Assembly (NCBI GenBank): GCA_048941285.1
Contig: JBHLNS010000014.1
Location: forward strand, 1-64,000
Source: Promethearchaeota archaeon
GTDB taxonomy: Archaea > Asgardarchaeota > Lokiarchaeia > Sigyniarchaeales > SOKP01
Length of the DNA: 64,000 nucleotides
Reading direction: 5' to 3'
The position numbers were made by a program, and so were the translations under genes. The notes below the pieces were generated by a model. The model was given only the letters and a program-made list of their open reading frames with translations. It was not told the DNA's origin and made no database searches. This document shows positions 58,824-64,000 of the stretch, in pieces. Numbering within the stretch: the stretch's first letter is position 1; every line of letters begins with the position of its first letter.

Positions 58824-61703
58824 TTGAGTAGAAGGAATCATAATTTATGTAATTTCATAAAAATTAATAGATTTCTGAGAGTTTCAATAGTTCTATTGAT
58901 ATTAATAGCGTCCTTTACTCCACTTTATTCAACTATTTTAAAATCGTATCAAGAAACTAATATAATTAGAGAAAATAGTGATTTAAGAACAGCTTCTTCT
59001 AATGGTGGAGGGTATATCATGAATTATAGCGCAGCTTATTCATGGATAGAAATCTCGATATCAGGTACTCGTATGAATATTTCAAATGAAAATGATGGTT
59101 ATGAAGCAATTTCTTTTATTAGTGAAGGTTGGAATTTCACTTACTATGAGACCCAATATAATAATATTTATGTTAGCACAAATGGCTGGATGAGTTTTAC
59201 TAATTTAGGAGACACACAATCTATTTGTGCACCAATACCAGATTTAAGTGATAAGAATATAGACTGTGTTGCTTTACTCTGTAGTGATTTAAGTCCTATT
59301 AACGGAGGAGAGATATATTATGAATTTCGAGGGTCAGCGCCTAACAATTATCTAGTAATAGAATATCACAATATTTACAGTGATGATAATAATTATATAG
59401 GGAGTTTTGAAGTCATATTTCATCAAGCTGGAATGGTTAAATTCCAATATCAAAATATTAACTATTTAAGTCAATACCATACGATTGTGGGATTGGATCA
59501 TGGAGATCTAACAAATTACAATTATTATTCTGGTATTAATAAAAATAATTTACCATATATAAATAAAGCAATAGAATTCACATTTAATGAGATTTCTGAG
59601 ATTAATTATTCACTTAATGTCGCAATTGATAATGAATATACTTGGATTGTGGCAGAAGTAGATGATTATATTATGGGTAAGATTTTTGGATCTAATTGGG
59701 AACGTATTTATGGCTTTTTACCTGATCCTGAGAAATTTTCCAAATTTAAAGTGAACATAACCACAATTGCAGAGAATTCAACTCATTGGGATATAAATTA
59801 TTCCATATGGAATTGGACAAATAAAGATAACAATTTTAATATTACACCAGATGGAAATGATCTATTGGTATTTCGAAAGGAGCCATTAAATTATACATCT
59901 CCCCACAATTTAACACATATTTTTCCATTTTTCATACCAACTCCTATTTTTCATTATTTAAATAGATCAAATCTAACAGAATCTTATTCTAGAATAAGTA
60001 ATTATGGAAGTGATGGAGATTATGTCGAATTAGGAGACAATATTATGTCTTCGACTATAATAAATGGGCACAATATCGAATTTGGAAGAAATGCTCATTA
60101 CAATAAATATGGCCTCTTAGATTGGATGGATTTTTATTATTTAAATCAATCATGGGAAAATGCAGAAGAAAAATCAATTTTCACAATCTACAATTTTTAT
60201 GATGCACCTAAACCATTATTTATAGGTGTTAATGAATCTGATATTTATAATTACGGGGTTTTTTATAGTGAAAGAAATGCTCCCCAAATACCATTAAGAA
60301 ATTATAGTAAAATGCCTAACATCTTTAGTTTAAAAATTAATTTTATTGGTGGTTTTGACACCTACTTCAATCGTTCTTTAATTATTATTAATAATTCTCA
60401 GGCTATATCGATGATAAATCCTTTTTCTGCAGAAAAACACCCTGAAATATACTATTTACCTCAAAATTTAACTAGATTTACTTTATTAAATAGGATTATA
60501 TTACCAATGGATGTAAATTGGGCTACTCTTGATTTTATTCGCTCAGATATCATTTCCATTTCAAATGGTTTTATCATGAGTTTAACTATATTGGACGATA
60601 TCATCCAATTCGAGTATACATACACCTCAATTGGGTTATTAAATACTTATTCAGAATATAATAACGGAAAAGAATATTTTACAGTAAGATTCAATAATTT
60701 TACTTATCAAATTGATGATTCTGATCCGATAATCAACATTTTATCTCCACAAGATAATCAAACTTTTGGAAGAATCGCTCCTTCCTATAATATTTCTATT
60801 ATTGAACCTAACTTGGAAAAAATATGGTATACTCTAGATGGTGGTTTAAATAATGTTACAATAACAAATTTGAGTGGAAAAATTAATCAAATCTTATGGA
60901 ATGCTTTGCCTCAAGGTCCCTTAACTATTAGATTCTATGCGAATGATACTATGGGATATCTCAGTTATAAAGATGTTATAATAAATAAAAAATATGAACC
61001 TGATAAAGGTATTATAATAATTTTTATATTCATCTTATCAATTGCTTCCGTGGTTGCTGTATCAGGAACTTCATATTATTATTATCAGAAAATATATAAA
61101 ACTAAAACTAGAGAAATCCCACCCTTTTTTGAAACAGATGAAAAAGTTTATCAATCTTGGCTTGGACCTTCTGCCAAAGAAATTTTGAATACTCGTTCTA
61201 ACAAGAAATTATTATTTAGCATTGTTGACAAAGATACATTTACTGATAAAATATCCAAGGAAGAAAAAATACTGCTTACAACTATAAATAATGAATTTCT
61301 GAGAAAAATTGATGAATTAGGATTTGATGAAAATGAGAAACAAGAATTCGTAAAGGAAATGCTTGCTTTAAGTCCAAAAGAAAGGGATGAAATACTTGAA
61401 AATATTATGTCAAGACGATTTATAGGTACAGACCCATTTTCAAAAGAAATTCTCAGTAATTTGACTAATCGAGATTTATTACTTCAGATTTTTGATGAGA
61501 ATATAACAATAAAGAAGAGAACTTATCTAGAAAAAATAGAATTAACAATTGTATCAGAAAAATTTTTAAATAAGGTTGATGCAATAGGTTTGAAGGGAGA
61601 TATGAAAATCAAGTTCATTAAAGAAATGCTAGCATTAACTCCGAAAGAAAGGGATGAAATTATAAATAATATCTTGGATAAATTAGATAAAACCGAAATC
61701 TAA
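58824..61703 (+). CDS. Large single-pass surface protein with cytoplasmic tandem repeat
   Basis: N-terminal signal/TM; nidogen-like FTYY..YNNIYVSTNGWMSF; Ig-like P.INILSP...WYTLDGG...FYANDTMG; TM; two ~89-aa repeats ending KEMLAL(S/T)PKERDEI. Confidence 0.8.
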   Translation: MSRRNHNLCNFIKINRFLRVSIVLLILIASFTPLYSTILKSYQETNIIRENSDLRTASSNGGGYIMNYSAAYSWIEISISGTRMNISNENDGYEAISFISEGWNFTYYETQYNNIYVSTNGWMSFTNLGDTQSICAPIPDLSDKNIDCVALLCSDLSPINGGEIYYEFRGSAPNNYLVIEYHNIYSDDNNYIGSFEVIFHQAGMVKFQYQNINYLSQYHTIVGLDHGDLTNYNYYSGINKNNLPYINKAIEFTFNEISEINYSLNVAIDNEYTWIVAEVDDYIMGKIFGSNWERIYGFLPDPEKFSKFKVNITTIAENSTHWDINYSIWNWTNKDNNFNITPDGNDLLVFRKEPLNYTSPHNLTHIFPFFIPTPIFHYLNRSNLTESYSRISNYGSDGDYVELGDNIMSSTIINGHNIEFGRNAHYNKYGLLDWMDFYYLNQSWENAEEKSIFTIYNFYDAPKPLFIGVNESDIYNYGVFYSERNAPQIPLRNYSKMPNIFSLKINFIGGFDTYFNRSLIIINNSQAISMINPFSAEKHPEIYYLPQNLTRFTLLNRIILPMDVNWATLDFIRSDIISISNGFIMSLTILDDIIQFEYTYTSIGLLNTYSEYNNGKEYFTVRFNNFTYQIDDSDPIINILSPQDNQTFGRIAPSYNISIIEPNLEKIWYTLDGGLNNVTITNLSGKINQILWNALPQGPLTIRFYANDTMGYLSYKDVIINKKYEPDKGIIIIFIFILSIASVVAVSGTSYYYYQKIYKTKTREIPPFFETDEKVYQSWLGPSAKEILNTRSNKKLLFSIVDKDTFTDKISKEEKILLTTINNEFLRKIDELGFDENEKQEFVKEMLALSPKERDEILENIMSRRFIGTDPFSKEILSNLTNRDLLLQIFDENITIKKRTYLEKIELTIVSEKFLNKVDAIGLKGDMKIKFIKEMLALTPKERDEIINNILDKLDKTEI

Positions 61704-61746
61704 AATTAATAAAACAAAATAAGTAAGTTATCATAAAAGGGGAGAA

Positions 61747-62418
61747 ATAATTACTAGCTATGAACAAAGCGTCTTAGAAGTAATTAATGAATATTTGGAT
61801 AAGAATAGATTCTTCTGTGTAAATGACATTATCCCTTTTATAAGTTCAAGATTTGCTAAATCTGGCGTAAATATCAATATAAATGGTATCAGAACTATTT
61901 TAAAATCTCTTATAGAAAAAAATTTTGTAGTAGAAGGGTCAAAACTCACCAGAAATGAAATTTTTTCAAATATTAATAGAAAAAGAATTTATAAATATAT
62001 TCAAAAAAATCCTGGAGTTTATTTTTATAATATTGTATCTAATTTAGATCTAAATATTCCCGTAGTAGAATGGCATCTGAATATTTTAATCAAGTTTATG
62101 TATATTTGCAAAGAAAAAATTGAGAACAAAGAAATTTATTTCGATATCAATGTAAAATCTGAGGACAGAATGATAATTTATTTAATATCAAGAGATAAGT
62201 GCAAAGAAATAATAAACTTTCTAAAACAACATGAGGAAGGTATAACGAGGACTCAAATTTCAGAGCAATTAAATATGCATTCAACTACAGTTGCTAAATA
62301 TACTGACAAACTTCATGAAAATGGGATCTTATCTAAAAAGTCTCTAGCAAATAAGACTTTATATTTTCTAAATAATGAAAATTACAGCAAATTTAATCAA
62401 AATTCTAGTCTTTTTTAA
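61747..62418 (+). CDS. Multi-winged-helix DNA-binding protein (start probably ATA 61747)
   Basis: NRKRIYKYIQKNPGVYF...WHLNILIKF, second HTH GITRTQISEQLNMHSTTV. Frame is open 16 codons upstream of the tracked TTG, just after a GGGGAG motif. Confidence 0.85.
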   Translation: MITSYEQSVLEVINEYLDKNRFFCVNDIIPFISSRFAKSGVNININGIRTILKSLIEKNFVVEGSKLTRNEIFSNINRKRIYKYIQKNPGVYFYNIVSNLDLNIPVVEWHLNILIKFMYICKEKIENKEIYFDINVKSEDRMIIYLISRDKCKEIINFLKQHEEGITRTQISEQLNMHSTTVAKYTDKLHENGILSKKSLANKTLYFLNNENYSKFNQNSSLF

Positions 62419-62742
62419 TCTGCATATAATCGAATAATTACACTATGAGAAATTTTCTTTTTTTTCATGTGAATAAATTGAATTTTTCTAAATTTTCCAC
62501 CGACAAAAAAATATAATCCCCATAGCGAAACACTTGGATAAATATTAACCGGTTAACATTTAATTAAAAATCTCCCATCTTTTAAAAAACTGTTAAGTTT
62601 ATTCCAAATCTTTCGATTTTCTTTTCTATCATGTGAAAAAGTGGAAATCGGACAATTTACTTAATATTTAAATATGTAATAATTATCTTTTAACTTGCCG
62701 GATAGTAAGTGACAAAAATATCTAAACTAAGGTATATATTCT

Positions 62743-64000
62743 ATGAATAAAATTAATATCAAAATAATAATAACTTTGACCGCTACGTTTCTTTTCTTTA
62801 TTTTTGCGGCAGCTATCATAACTCAAGATAATTTTTTTACCTCTAAAATCAATAAAGAACCAACCAATAATTTATCAATTCTTAGGTTGAATGATGAGCT
62901 TCAAGAATCTGAAAATCTTTCGGCTTATCAAAAATTCCAAAAATTTTGGACAGATGTGTATGCCCAAGATGCTCTTAATTGGAGTTATTTAGATTGGCGA
63001 AATTATATAATCTTACAGATATATGGCAATTCTGAAAATAATTTAAATAATACAATTACAAATGATCCTCTTTTTGAAAATAATATTGATATATTCACTA
63101 TTTATGTTATGGGAAAGTATAATGATTCGTTAACAAGTGAAGACATTACTAACCTGAAAAGTCAGTTAATTCATAATACGGTTCATATTGGAGATATCAT
63201 GTATTTGAAACATCACGATGAACAATTAAAGTTATATATTAATATTGAGGTAGAATCATCCCCCTCTATGTGGTATGTGGCTGAGAATTTAGAAATCTAT
63301 TTAAAATCTAATAATTCTAGCGGAAAATGGTACAATAATTCAGTTAATCATTATGTCAAGGTATATGATATTTCCAATTTAGCATTATCTGATTTTATCC
63401 ATATAGATGGGAAATCTGAAAATCATATTGTCGGCCCCATAATAATTAATACCAATACTATTGAAAAAAACATATCTTTAATAGCTAAAGTAGAATATTT
63501 TCTTAATTTTCTATGGGATGAATATGTTGAAAAATTAGAATCTTTTAATCTGGTTGATGACGATGAATTATCACCTGAAATCTCATACATATATATAGGT
63601 AATTACACTGATGGAAATCCTGGGGAACTTATTGTTAATGCCTCAGATAGCTCAGGACTTTCTTACGATCCTAGTGGAATATATTGTGTTCCAAATAATT
63701 TAGGTCCCCATAAATTTGTCTTTACAGCAAGTGATGCGGATATTGATAGACTTGGCGATAAATTAAATACCACTATTACTGTTTGGATTAACATTACGGA
63801 TGATGATATTGTATCTCCACAGATTTCTTATATTTATACAGGCGATTATACTGATGGAAATCCTGGAGAACTTATTGTCAATGCTTCAGATAGTTCAGGT
63901 TTATCTTTAGATCCCAGTGGGATTTATCAAGTGCCTAGTGCTGTGGGAAGTCACAAATTTATCTTTACAGCAAGTGACGCGGATATTGATAGACTTGGCG
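62743..64000 (+). CDS. Secreted/surface protein with 81-aa acidic tandem repeats (partial, runs off the window end)
   Basis: Not in track. MNKINIKIIITLTATFLFLIFAAAII...; repeats DDD..SP.ISYIY.G.YTDGNPGELIVNASDSSGL...FTASDADIDRLG. Confidence 0.85.
   Translation, partial: MNKINIKIIITLTATFLFFIFAAAIITQDNFFTSKINKEPTNNLSILRLNDELQESENLSAYQKFQKFWTDVYAQDALNWSYLDWRNYIILQIYGNSENNLNNTITNDPLFENNIDIFTIYVMGKYNDSLTSEDITNLKSQLIHNTVHIGDIMYLKHHDEQLKLYINIEVESSPSMWYVAENLEIYLKSNNSSGKWYNNSVNHYVKVYDISNLALSDFIHIDGKSENHIVGPIIINTNTIEKNISLIAKVEYFLNFLWDEYVEKLESFNLVDDDELSPEISYIYIGNYTDGNPGELIVNASDSSGLSYDPSGIYCVPNNLGPHKFVFTASDADIDRLGDKLNTTITVWINITDDDIVSPQISYIYTGDYTDGNPGELIVNASDSSGLSLDPSGIYQVPSAVGSHKFIFTASDADIDRLG
63556..64000 (+). 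repeat. 243-bp coding tandem repeat (at least 2 copies)
   Basis: Units start at 63556 and 63799; e.g. tacactgatggaaatcctggggaacttattgttaatgc vs tatactgatggaaatcctggagaacttattgtcaatgc. Confidence 0.9.

Noticed and set aside
903-61949. Numerous 60-130 aa ORFs antisense to or nested in longer genes (e.g. 903-1127, 9120-9419, 39019-39402, 47988-48353, 53420-53731)
   Set aside because: Shadow ORFs of well-supported genes, with no recognisable motifs.
1-64000. CRISPR arrays, tRNA/rRNA genes, IS elements or integrases
   Set aside because: No regularly spaced repeats, GC-rich structured RNA segments or transposase/integrase motifs were seen by eye.

Overview
AT-rich archaeal DNA, very probably from an Asgard archaeon (Lokiarchaeia-like). 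Support: archaeal/eukaryotic-type uL16, five small-GTPase genes (Rag-, Rab- and MglA-like), longin/roadblock-like domains, an arrestin-fold protein and Loki-CTERM-like anchors. The window has four parts: (1) a glyco/phospholipid or envelope modification region (1-11.2 kb); (2) housekeeping and membrane genes; (3) a signalling-rich region (21-37 kb); (4) a 12.7-kb HdrA/MvhD/FrhB/HdrD flavin-redox cluster (44.75-57.4 kb) followed by a surface-protein cassette. The strongest signal missed by the ORF track is a selenoprotein pair. HdrA (44750-46693) has four in-frame TGA codons and MvhD/VhuD (46700-47161) has two, all at positions that are Cys in paralogs within this window. One eukaryote-like AUGA...GA SECIS hairpin follows them and overlaps the mvhD stop codon. 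Other highlights: a receiver-longin/uDENN fusion adjacent to a Rag-like GTPase, a C-terminal domain apparently shared by an arrestin-like protein and an FrhB-family protein, a degenerate Rab-like pseudo-GTPase, probable ATA start codons, and two duplicated gene starts. All family calls come from motif recognition by eye; no database searches were run.
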